Translations under genes and position numbers: made by a program
The notes under the pieces: model-generated
Databases searched by the model: none
Told to the model about the DNA's origin: nothing
Seen by the model: the letters and a program-made list of their open reading frames with translations, nothing else
NCBI GenBank assembly: GCA_049997875.1
Contig: JBEKRC010000002.1
Location: forward strand, 66,755-130,754
DNA length: 64,000 nucleotides
Reading direction: 5' to 3'
Source: Minisyncoccia bacterium
GTDB lineage: Bacteria; Patescibacteriota; Minisyncoccia; UBA6257; 2-01-FULL-56-20
Part shown: positions 19,663 to 28,456 of the stretch, in pieces
How positions within the stretch are numbered: the first letter of the stretch is position 1
Layout: every line of letters begins with the position of its first letter

Positions 19663-21489
19663 ATGGAGCTGAGAAATATAGCTATCATCGCCCATGTGGA
19701 CCATGGGAAAACGACGCTCGTTGACGCGCTCTTGAAGCAGTCGGCGAACTTTAAGTTGAAGAGCGGCGCGGAAACGACGCTCATCATGGATACGAACGAA
19801 CTTGAACGCGAGCGGGGGATCACCATCTTTTCCAAGAATGCCGCGGTGATGTACAAGGGCGTAAAGATCAATATCGTGGATACGCCGGGCCACGCGGACT
19901 TCGGCGGCGAGGTGGAGCGCATCATGCGGATGGTGGACGGCGTACTGCTCCTTGTGGACGCAAAAGAAGGACCAATGCCGCAGACGAAGTTTGTTTTGAG
20001 GAAGGCGATACAGGCGGGACACAAAGTGATTGTCGTTATCAATAAGATTGACAAGCCGGATGCGCGGCCGGAGTGGGCGCTCAATGCCGCCTACGACCTC
20101 TTTTTTGAACTGGATGCGACGGAAGAGCAGATCGAATTTCCGGTTATCTACGCAGCCGCGCGTGAAGGAAAAGCGGGTTTTACGAAAGATCTTGCCGCGA
20201 TGAAAAATATTAAGCCGGTATTTGAGACGATCGTGAAATATATTCCCGCACCAAAAAAGAGCGGGATAGATGTTTTGCAGATGCTCACCGTGAACCTCGC
20301 GCACGACAATTATAAAGGCAAGATCGCCGTCGGGCGGCTTTATTCCGGTACGCTCAAAAAGGGAACGACCATCGCGCACGTGACGCGCTCGGGCGAGGTC
20401 AAAAAAGAAACGCTCACATCAGTCATGGTCTTTGACGGATTGAACCGTGTGGATGTGGACAAAGCTGAGGCGGGGGACGTCGTGGCGATCGCGGGGATTC
20501 CCGACATCACGATCGGCGAGACGATCACTGACCCCGATAATCCGATGCCCCTGCCCACGATTGCAATTGACGAGCCGACGATCAAAATGACCTTTGGCGT
20601 GAACACGTCGCCCTTCCGCGGCAAGGAAGGGAAATATACGACCTCGCGCAACCTCAAAGAGCGCTTGGAGAAAGAACTGGAAACCGATGTGGCGCTCAAA
20701 GTGAAGCCGCTCACGGCCGACGCCCGGAGCGGCGTCGGCCAATGGGAAGTCGCCGGGCGTGGCGAGCTCCACCTCGCGATCCTCATTGAAAAGATGCGGC
20801 GCGAAGGGTTTGAGTTGGAGGTTTCCAAGCCGCAGGTGATCTTCAAAGAGAAAGGCGGCAAAAAATTGGAGCCGATGGAACTTGTCTCCATTGAAGTGCC
20901 CGAACAATATTCCGGCATCGTGATTGAAATGATGGGCAAGCGCCTCGGCACGATGAAGAACATGCGCATGGACGATAAAAAGAATTCGTTTATGGATTTT
21001 GAGATCCCCACGCGGGGTCTCATCGGTATCCGCAACAAGTTCCTCACCGCGACAAAGGGCACCGGCATTATGAACAGCATTTTCTTGGGCTACAAACCTT
21101 ATAAGGGTGACATCACGTCCATCCCGCACGGTTCCATCGTTGCCACCCAAGCAGGTCAGTCAAACAATTACGGGCTCGTCACGGCACAGGGGAGGGGAAC
21201 GCTTTTTATCGGCCCCGGCGTCGCGGTCTACGAAGGTATGGTGGTGGGGGAGAACGCAAAAGACGGCGACGTACACGTCCATGTGGCGCGCGAGAAGCAA
21301 CTCACGAACTTCCGCGCAAAGAACGAGGGACTCGCCACGCAGCTTGAAGTCCCTCTCACGCTATCGTTGGAGGATGCGCTGGACTACATCGGCGACGACG
21401 AACTCGTGGAAGTGACGCCGGCGAGCATCCGCATCCGGAAACAATATCTCACGGAAAACGAACGGAAAAAAGCAGAGAGGGGCGGATAG
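19663..21489 (+). CDS. typA: Translational GTPase TypA/BipA
   Basis: RNIAIIAHVDHGKTT, DTPGHADFGGEVER, GRGELHL. Confidence 0.97.
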   Translation: MELRNIAIIAHVDHGKTTLVDALLKQSANFKLKSGAETTLIMDTNELERERGITIFSKNAAVMYKGVKINIVDTPGHADFGGEVERIMRMVDGVLLLVDAKEGPMPQTKFVLRKAIQAGHKVIVVINKIDKPDARPEWALNAAYDLFFELDATEEQIEFPVIYAAAREGKAGFTKDLAAMKNIKPVFETIVKYIPAPKKSGIDVLQMLTVNLAHDNYKGKIAVGRLYSGTLKKGTTIAHVTRSGEVKKETLTSVMVFDGLNRVDVDKAEAGDVVAIAGIPDITIGETITDPDNPMPLPTIAIDEPTIKMTFGVNTSPFRGKEGKYTTSRNLKERLEKELETDVALKVKPLTADARSGVGQWEVAGRGELHLAILIEKMRREGFELEVSKPQVIFKEKGGKKLEPMELVSIEVPEQYSGIVIEMMGKRLGTMKNMRMDDKKNSFMDFEIPTRGLIGIRNKFLTATKGTGIMNSIFLGYKPYKGDITSIPHGSIVATQAGQSNNYGLVTAQGRGTLFIGPGVAVYEGMVVGENAKDGDVHVHVAREKQLTNFRAKNEGLATQLEVPLTLSLEDALDYIGDDELVEVTPASIRIRKQYLTENERKKAERGG

Positions 21490-21809
21490 TCTCCCGACAT
21501 CGCGCCCGGGTGGCACGCCGAAACTTCTCGGCGGCCGTATCGTTTCGTTAGTCCGGAGTCATCAAAATGTTCAAGGAAATCACGAAACGATCGTCGCCGA
21601 TTTTTGCCTCAATATGTAGCGCGCATGGGGCTCACGGAAGGGATTGAGATCGTGCGTTCAAGCTCGGAGAGCGTTCGCAAGCAGGCTATTCCCAATGGCC
21701 CAAACATATCGCGCGGACCATGCTTGAGTACGAGCATTTCACGCGGGAGCCCGTCGGATAGGCGTGGCCTCCACGTCGTCGTTTTGGTTCTGAGGGGAAA
21801 GAAAAAGGC

Positions 21810-21837
21810 AGCCCGATGGAGAACAAACCATCGGGCT
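21810..21837 (-). terminator. Probable intrinsic terminator
   Basis: AGCCCGATGG/CCATCGGGCT stem with a T-run shortly after it on the minus strand. Confidence 0.55.
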
Positions 21838-21855
21838 CAAAATCGTTAGCTCGTG

Positions 21856-22560
21856 TTAGCGGAGGAGCTTGCCCGGTATCTTGATAACGTGGGCAAATTT
21901 CGGCTCCGCCGCAATGTCTTTGATCAAAAACTCAGCCACATCGCCGTCAATCTGGCGCAGCTTCGTGAGTTCCACAATAAGCAGCTTCTCAGTGGTGTAA
22001 GCTTCGTCTTCTGAAGCCCCCACGAGATGCAGCCATTCATGTTGAAACCACAGCCAGATCACAGGCTTCACCTGCCTCCCTTTTCCGACTCTCTGGAGCG
22101 GGTAGATTACGCTCTCGAGTAGTCGTTGCTCGTTAGCGTAAATCGGCAAGACAGTCCCGAAAGTGAACATAATCGGCCTTTCGAGCTTCCTTGTCTCACC
22201 CTTATCAAGGAAAGTGAAGTCACGCTTAGCCTCTACTAGCACCACGCCATCGTAAGCCCATGCCTCCTGATTCTTTGCGATCAGTTCGCGCACGACGGCG
22301 TGCGACGGGCTTACATTTTTGGGAACGGGATCATAGGCAGCCGCCCCCTCAATTATCTCGGCGGTTTCCTTATGGCCCTTAAGCTGTTTGAGTTGAGAAC
22401 GATCACAGCCAAAGGTTCCCCGCCGGCAGGTTTCGAACGGCCCCAGCACTTCCCCAATCGAGAGTCCACTCCCATACCGCTGAAAGCGTGGCCGCATCTG
22501 GGCGCGCAAAAAAGAAGAAATTCCAACAAGAATAATGATGACAACAACCCATATCCGCAT
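21856..22560 (-). CDS. Secreted hypothetical protein with HExxH motif
   Basis: Signal peptide; QHEWLHLVGASEDEAY; GGAGGA SD. Confidence 0.75.
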   Translation of the reverse strand: MRIWVVVIIILVGISSFLRAQMRPRFQRYGSGLSIGEVLGPFETCRRGTFGCDRSQLKQLKGHKETAEIIEGAAAYDPVPKNVSPSHAVVRELIAKNQEAWAYDGVVLVEAKRDFTFLDKGETRKLERPIMFTFGTVLPIYANEQRLLESVIYPLQRVGKGRQVKPVIWLWFQHEWLHLVGASEDEAYTTEKLLIVELTKLRQIDGDVAEFLIKDIAAEPKFAHVIKIPGKLLR

Positions 22561-22673
22561 AAGTCCTCCTCCGATAGATTCTGAGCTTCAGAATACCTGA
22601 TTAAATTATAAAGTAAACACTTACAGAAGTGGTGGCCATCTGGTACGAAGTTGGAACCGCTTTGGCAACGCAA

Positions 22674-22697
22674 AAGGGGACCATTGCTGGTCCCCTT
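22674..22697 (-). terminator. Intrinsic terminator
   Basis: AAGGGGACCA/TGGTCCCCTT stem, GCAA loop on minus strand, T-run. Confidence 0.7.
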
Positions 22698-22719
22698 GGC
22701 TGATTTCCGATGAAACGTC

Positions 22720-23253
22720 TTAGCGAACCTTAAATCCAAGTCGATGGAGAAGGCGCGGCAGCCGATTCTGCGCCTCGAGAACCTTCTTGGGAATGTCGTC
22801 CCTGAATTGGCCCTGTGAAGCCCAGAGGGCAATCTGGACGTTGGGGTAGAGCCTGATCCATATGCGTCGCACAAGAGCGCACTTCTCCTCGATGACTTTC
22901 GTTGGACTTATGAAACTCTCTGGAAGCTTCGCGCAGAGTGTTTCGTCCGTAAGGGTGAATTCCCTGCGGCTGCTCATTGTCCCGATGTGCTCGTCGAAGT
23001 ACATACAGCCGAATTCGAGTCGGTTCTCGCGCTCGCAGAACCGACGAGCGTCGCTGGGAGGAAGGGGAAGGAGTCCGTCCAAAAGTTCTTGGAGGTCCTC
23101 GGCCGATCGTGTTCCAGACTTCGGGGCGATGTAAATGTTGACTTCTTGGCAACCCCCCTCTTCAACGGGATCCCAATAAGGTTCGAAGATGTCGACAACC
23201 ACGATCTTTCGGTCGTCGAACAGAGTTTCTTTGATGTCCAGGTATATGCTCAT
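22720..23253 (-). CDS. Hypothetical protein, paralog of 37313..37882
   Basis: Shared motifs RRExTLTDE, YPNVxxALxASQGQF, PRxLHRLGF; AGGAGGT SD. Confidence 0.85.
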   Translation of the reverse strand: MSIYLDIKETLFDDRKIVVVDIFEPYWDPVEEGGCQEVNIYIAPKSGTRSAEDLQELLDGLLPLPPSDARRFCERENRLEFGCMYFDEHIGTMSSRREFTLTDETLCAKLPESFISPTKVIEEKCALVRRIWIRLYPNVQIALWASQGQFRDDIPKKVLEAQNRLPRLLHRLGFKVR

Positions 23254-23320
23254 ATACGACCTCCTAATGTCGTAATCGAAATCGATTTGTAATCAAACTG
23301 AGATTCGCTCAGCTGAATAC

Positions 23321-23349
23321 ATTATAGCATTACTTACAGAGAGCGTCAA
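23321..23349 (-). promoter_or_regulatory. Sigma70-type promoter
   Basis: TTGACG-17 nt-TATAAT. Confidence 0.75.
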
Positions 23350-23376
23350 GTGCTGGCAGTCTTGGATTCGAACTGT

Positions 23377-24159
23377 TTATAAATATCCCACTTTCTTCAG
23401 CCAGAAATCGTTCTCCCATTCCCAAAGTTTTTTCGCGCCCAGGAATGCTTCAAAGTCGTTCTGCCAGTAGGGGAATTCCTTGAGTTCTATCTCGCCCATG
23501 AGTGGGCCCCAATCGTGGTCGCAGTTCCGCTGGGCCGCCGCGCGGCCGTTGCCGTTCTTCCAATCAACGCGCACTTTTTCTCGGCCGCCCTTCACGCGCC
23601 GCACGGCGCCGCACCGCTCACACTTCTGGATCTGATCAATACGCAGGATCCACCGCGTCTGCAGATTTCTGAATTGCGATTTCAGGGCATCCATGTACGC
23701 GGAGGTCTGCAGGCAATAGTCCCTATAGATTGCCTGCGAGGTCTTGATGTCCAGGACGCCAAGCCGACCGCCGATCAAGGCGATCGCATCCACCGTGCCC
23801 GCGTAGCGGTGGTCGTAGTTTACGATGCGGCGTTCCACAAGCTCGGGCGACACCTCTATGTTGTTGGTGGCGAAGAATTCCTGGAACGACTTCACCGCCG
23901 GCGCGATCTCGGCCGGGATCTCCGGATTTTTCCCAAGAAGTAATCCTTCCACCGCCTCGTGGATCATCGTGCCTTCCTTTGCCGACTGCTCCGTGATATC
24001 CTGCGCGGCTTTGTAGCTCGCCGCCTCGCCGTAATACCGGTAAAGCGCGGGCTTGGACTTAATCGTCACAATTTTCGTCACGCGCGGGTACCAAACGCCG
24101 TCAATCGTGTAGCCCGACTTCTCCTTGAAATCGTTAACGTCCTTATAGTCGCCGAACAT
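23377..24159 (-). CDS. PD-(D/E)xK nuclease (RecB/Cas4-like exonuclease family)
   Basis: GTMIHE, YAGTVD, VLDIKTS, LQTSAY; CxxC...CxH insertion. Confidence 0.82.
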   Translation of the reverse strand: MFGDYKDVNDFKEKSGYTIDGVWYPRVTKIVTIKSKPALYRYYGEAASYKAAQDITEQSAKEGTMIHEAVEGLLLGKNPEIPAEIAPAVKSFQEFFATNNIEVSPELVERRIVNYDHRYAGTVDAIALIGGRLGVLDIKTSQAIYRDYCLQTSAYMDALKSQFRNLQTRWILRIDQIQKCERCGAVRRVKGGREKVRVDWKNGNGRAAAQRNCDHDWGPLMGEIELKEFPYWQNDFEAFLGAKKLWEWENDFWLKKVGYL

Positions 24160-24278
24160 GGTGAAATCATAACAAGAAACGTTGTAAAAAGCAGTAGCTT
24201 GACGAAGTTCTCATAGGCGTGCTAGAGGCCCCTCGTCCGTTGGAGACACATGCACGCGGACGAGGGGCGATTAATTTT

Positions 24279-25655
24279 TTAGAAACTGGTTTTCACCAAA
24301 GAGTCAGTGAGACTCACGATGTCGCCGGCGCCCATCATGATGATGACGTATCGCGAGAGGGGAGTGGCGAGCGTGCGGATGGCATTTTTGAGATTGCGCG
24401 GGTTCGCAAGATAGAAAAATGGTTTCTGAGACTCGCGTTTTTGGATCGCGCGGGCGAGCGCTGCCGAATCAAAACGGCTGGACCGTTGATCGCGGCCAGT
24501 TACCTTATAAATAGGGAGAAGAATGGCTTTGTCCGCGCCGGCAAAGCAGGTTGTGAATTCCTTAAAGAGCGCGGCCAAGCGCTTTGCCTGATGGGGTTGG
24601 AAAATACAGAGGATCTTCTTTTGCGGATATTTTTCATGGAATGCTTGGAGGGTCGCCTTAATCTCCGTCGGGTGGTGCGCATAATCGTCGTAGACGGGCG
24701 CGCCGCGCCGGGCGCCTTTGCCGCCGGCGTCGTTGAATTGGCCGCGATATTCCATTCGCCGCCATGCGCCGCGGTACGCGCCGATCGCGGCGAGGACTTT
24801 CTTTTCTGAGACACCCAGCACTTTCCCAAGTTTATAAACAGCAACCGCATTTGAAACGTTGTGCACGCCGGGAATCTGGATAGCGTGTTTTATTTTTGGA
24901 ACCTCCGAATCGAGGAGTGAATACCAAATGACATGTATATTTTTTCTACGGGCGATTGCCGCAACCGACATGCGTAGCGAAAAAAGATTTTTGTCGTCAC
25001 GATTCAAAATGAACGTTCCGCCCACCCGAGCGCTTTCAAGGAATTGTAAAAATGCCTTTTTCAGATTGGAAAATGTTTTATAAAAATCAAGGTGTTCGCG
25101 GTCTATGTTCGTCACGATGGCGATCATAGGGGAGTAGTGCGTAAATGCCGCGCCAAAATCGTCGGCTTCAAGCACCAAGTACTCGCCGCGCCCCACGCGA
25201 ATGTTTTTGCCCCCGAGTTCTTTTAGGTTCGTGCCAACCAAAATGGTGGGGTCAAGGCCGCCCTTCACGAGCGCGAGTCCCGCAAGCGAGGTCGTCGTGC
25301 TCTTGCCGTGCGAGCCGGTGATCGCGATTGTTACGTATTTTTTCGTGATCTCGCCCAGCACTTCGGCATAGGGGAGCACGAGGAGTCCCAAAGCCCTGGC
25401 CGCCGCGATTTCAGGATTATCTTTGGAAATGGCTCTATTATAGACCACCAAGTCCGTGTTGGCCGGCAAATAGCCCTTTTTATGCCCAATTTTGACATTT
25501 ACGCCGTCTTTTATGAGGGAATCGGTAATCTGGCTTCTTGCCGCATCCGACCCCGAAACAGCCCATTTTTCAGAAATGAAATAGCGGGCCAAGGCACTCA
25601 TTCCAATGCCGCCGATGCCTATAAAATGAACTTTATTTTGCGACAGATGCGCCAT
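24279..25655 (-). CDS. murC: UDP-N-acetylmuramate--L-alanine ligase
   Basis: HFIGIGGIGMSALA, GSHGKSTT, DDYAHHPTEI, FQPH. Confidence 0.96.
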   Translation of the reverse strand: MAHLSQNKVHFIGIGGIGMSALARYFISEKWAVSGSDAARSQITDSLIKDGVNVKIGHKKGYLPANTDLVVYNRAISKDNPEIAAARALGLLVLPYAEVLGEITKKYVTIAITGSHGKSTTTSLAGLALVKGGLDPTILVGTNLKELGGKNIRVGRGEYLVLEADDFGAAFTHYSPMIAIVTNIDREHLDFYKTFSNLKKAFLQFLESARVGGTFILNRDDKNLFSLRMSVAAIARRKNIHVIWYSLLDSEVPKIKHAIQIPGVHNVSNAVAVYKLGKVLGVSEKKVLAAIGAYRGAWRRMEYRGQFNDAGGKGARRGAPVYDDYAHHPTEIKATLQAFHEKYPQKKILCIFQPHQAKRLAALFKEFTTCFAGADKAILLPIYKVTGRDQRSSRFDSAALARAIQKRESQKPFFYLANPRNLKNAIRTLATPLSRYVIIMMGAGDIVSLTDSLVKTSF

Positions 25656-25671
25656 CTTTTTTTATTTACCC

Positions 25672-26289
25672 CTACTTGTAGGTAGTCCCCAAATATGACA
25701 GGGGATCAAGGTCATGGCCGGTCGGATCCGGACCGCAGCCGTTGCGCGGGGTCATGGAAAATCCATTCTCGTCAAAAATGGAGAAGTGAAGATGAGTGCC
25801 GGTTTCAAAGCCAGTTGCGCCCACAGAGCCGATCAGAGTGCCTTTTTTGACCACGCTACCGGGCGAGACGGAGATCGTACCGAGGTGCGCGAACCAGAGT
25901 ATAAGGTGGTTCACCGCGTCGTCTACGGCCACATATTTTCCAAAGCCGCGCTGCGGACAGTAATCGTCCTGGTTGCCGGTCGCGAGCACCGTTCCTCCGC
26001 CAGGGGAGTAGATCGGCGCACCGTAGGCGGCTGCGATATCAATGCCATCGTGCCATCCGTTCGGATACTCGTACGAAAACGACGTATGACCGTATCCCTG
26101 CGTAATATAACTTCTGCCACTACCGTTCTTGTCAAACAAACCGAAATCGATGGAGGTAAGCTGGTTTGCGCTGCTACCGGATTGATACGCGCGCACCAAC
26201 CCGCCCGAGGCAAAAAAATTTCCTATCGCGACGATGACCGTGAGCGCACAAAATATTGCGAGCGCCCCAACAATGATTTTCCCCGTCAT
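25672..26289 (-). CDS. M23 family peptidase (short)
   Basis: HDGID, FAHL, HLHF; N-terminal TM. Confidence 0.9.
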   Translation of the reverse strand: MTGKIIVGALAIFCALTVIVAIGNFFASGGLVRAYQSGSSANQLTSIDFGLFDKNGSGRSYITQGYGHTSFSYEYPNGWHDGIDIAAAYGAPIYSPGGGTVLATGNQDDYCPQRGFGKYVAVDDAVNHLILWFAHLGTISVSPGSVVKKGTLIGSVGATGFETGTHLHFSIFDENGFSMTPRNGCGPDPTGHDLDPLSYLGTTYK

Positions 26290-26387
26290 GGCTTCTTTAT
26301 CTTATAGTAACGCCGGCCCGGCAGGGAAGGATACCTGCGCCAGATGCTACATGTCGCACAATATACCTTTCCAGACGGATAAACCGC

Positions 26388-26672
26388 TCAAGCTAATTTA
26401 TCTCCTGCATTTAACCATTTCCAATCAGCTTTTCTCTTACTCTTGATGGGCTTCATCTCCTCGTGAATTTCACACAACCGGCGTCGATCGGTTTCATTCA
26501 TATTAATTTTTGAAAATCCTATCTGTTGCTTTGTCCTCAAAATGTTGATTTGTTGATTTTTGTACAGAATCATTAATGCCTCTTTCCACAATAAAAAATC
26601 CTTCCGCTTTTGGGCACGCAAGGGATATTTTTCAAAAAATATAATCCCCCGGCAACATTTCCATGCTGCCAC
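26388..26672 (-). pseudogene. C-terminal remnant of a LAGLIDADG homing endonuclease
   Basis: FFEKYPLRAQKRKDFLLWKEAL resembles the LAGLIDADG C-terminal motif; AT-rich; no LAGLIDADG helix upstream. Confidence 0.65.
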
Positions 26673-26721
26673 TATACAAAAAAGATATTAAAAAGTCCTA
26701 AAGTTTTGATTAAAACAACTC

Positions 26722-27135
26722 CTACCGAAGGAACCCCAAAAGCCACCTGACTATGCTCTCTGCGATGCCGAGTACCCAAAGAAGAATATTCAAAATGAAG
26801 ACAAGGAATCCGGAGATGCGGAATCCGGCGACACCGTAAAACCAGTCATCAAATTGCTGAAAAACGTTTTGAGCGCTCGTCGTGAGGAATTGCGTTTGTG
26901 GAGCGGATAGATTGAGCTGCGGTATTGCTCCTTTCCCCACTGAGCCGATGCTGTTCAAGAAATTCTGGATTGGCGAGAGTAAGCTGCCAAAGTTCAAGCC
27001 CGATTGGCTTTGTGGAGTTCCTTGAAGCGAATACGCTCCCACGGTTTGTGCGGTTTCTAAGGAAGTCATCGTGGCAACACAAACGGCGATAACCGCCATT
27101 ATCACAAGCGCACGCGCTCTTCGCCGCCACAACAT
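26722..27135 (-). CDS. Hypothetical membrane protein
   Basis: 137 aa with hydrophobic N- and C-termini; TGgTATAAT 6 nt before ATG. Confidence 0.72.
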   Translation of the reverse strand: MLWRRRARALVIMAVIAVCVATMTSLETAQTVGAYSLQGTPQSQSGLNFGSLLSPIQNFLNSIGSVGKGAIPQLNLSAPQTQFLTTSAQNVFQQFDDWFYGVAGFRISGFLVFILNILLWVLGIAESIVRWLLGFLR

Positions 27136-27153
27136 GGTTTCATTATACCATAT

Positions 27154-28455
27154 TTAGAACAAATATCCAATAGGGTTCAGATCGCCGCCGTAGGGCATCG
27201 GCCCGCAAACCTTTGATGGTCCCATGTAGAACGTCGCTTGAGCATAGACCGTGAAGTGCAGGTGCGGGCCGGTTGCATAACCCGTCTGGCCGGAATAGCC
27301 GATTATCTGTCCCCTCTTTACCGTGTCGCCCTTTGCGGCGATGATCCGCGAGAGGTGGCCGTAGAGTGTCGTGAGGTTGTTCGTGTGGTTGATAACCACA
27401 AATTTTCCGTATGCCCCTTTGTAGCAGTAAGTATCCTGGTTGCCGGTGGCGGCCACAACGCCATCCTCGGCCGCGAGGACCGGCGTTCCGATGGATGCGG
27501 CAAGGTCAATGCCGTTGTGCCAGTGCCCCGCGTAGCCGTTTTTGGCGAATGCGGTCGCGCCGTATCCTTGCGTGATGTCCGATTCGTCGTCGCCCTGGAT
27601 CGGCACGAGGAGCACCCCTGGCGCGAGCGCGGGCAGCGTGGAGGGGTCAATCTTTGTGCGCAGCACCGCGGCGATCGCCTCCATGTCGCTTGCGATCGCC
27701 GCCTGTTCTTTTTGAAGCGCCGTCACTTGCTCCTGGAACACGCTCTCCTGATTCTTGGTTGATTTCAAGAGGGTTTGCTTTTGCGTTTGTTGGTCCTGGA
27801 CGATCACTTTCTTGTTCTGGAGGTCTTCTTGGTGCGCCGTGACCTGGTCGGATTTCGCCGTACTGTCCCCAATCTTCGCAGCATATTCCGTGTTGAGTTC
27901 CTTGAGCGCATCAATGTCGGTCGCGAGCTCCGCACGGAGATTCAAAAGCGAATTCGCTTCCAGGACGCCGTCCGCAAGCGTCCCGCTTTTGAGAAATAGC
28001 GCGAGAAGGTTTCCATTCTCGGAATCATTTCGCTCAACTTCTTGCAAGATGCTCGCGATAGCGTTTTGTTTCGTCGTCACGGATGCCTGAATGTCCTTCA
28101 TGTCGCTTTGGAGCTGGTCAATTTCCAAGGTGAGTTGTTGTGAGGTCAGCGCGTCGGCCTGGATGCCCAAATTCAGCGAATTAACGTTGCCGTTGATCAG
28201 GTTGAGCTGCTGCTGGAGCGTCACGCGCTGCGATTGTATCTGTTTCAGGCTCGCGGTGGTGGACGCAAGCTGGGCGTTCACGTCGTTCAATTGTTGCTGC
28301 TTTTGCTGGATCTGCGTCTGCAGGGTGGTCGCCGTCATCGGCGTAGTCGTGGAGGTTGGGGAAACGCTCTGGGCACGGGCTGTGATTGCTACGATTGCAC
28401 ATCCCGTGACGACCGCCGCGACGATTTGCGCGTAAAAATAAAAAAACGTTTTCAT
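27154..28455 (-). CDS. Coiled-coil M23 peptidase (EnvC/CwlO-like murein hydrolase)
   Basis: Signal peptide from MKTFFYF, long Q-rich coiled coil, HNGID/YGHL/HLHF. Confidence 0.9.
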   Translation of the reverse strand: MKTFFYFYAQIVAAVVTGCAIVAITARAQSVSPTSTTTPMTATTLQTQIQQKQQQLNDVNAQLASTTASLKQIQSQRVTLQQQLNLINGNVNSLNLGIQADALTSQQLTLEIDQLQSDMKDIQASVTTKQNAIASILQEVERNDSENGNLLALFLKSGTLADGVLEANSLLNLRAELATDIDALKELNTEYAAKIGDSTAKSDQVTAHQEDLQNKKVIVQDQQTQKQTLLKSTKNQESVFQEQVTALQKEQAAIASDMEAIAAVLRTKIDPSTLPALAPGVLLVPIQGDDESDITQGYGATAFAKNGYAGHWHNGIDLAASIGTPVLAAEDGVVAATGNQDTYCYKGAYGKFVVINHTNNLTTLYGHLSRIIAAKGDTVKRGQIIGYSGQTGYATGPHLHFTVYAQATFYMGPSKVCGPMPYGGDLNPIGYLF

Positions 28456-28456
28456 A

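Noticed and set aside
24228-24268. 12-bp hairpin after murC as an ncRNA
   Set aside because: Position is adequately explained by a terminator or mRNA-stabilising stem
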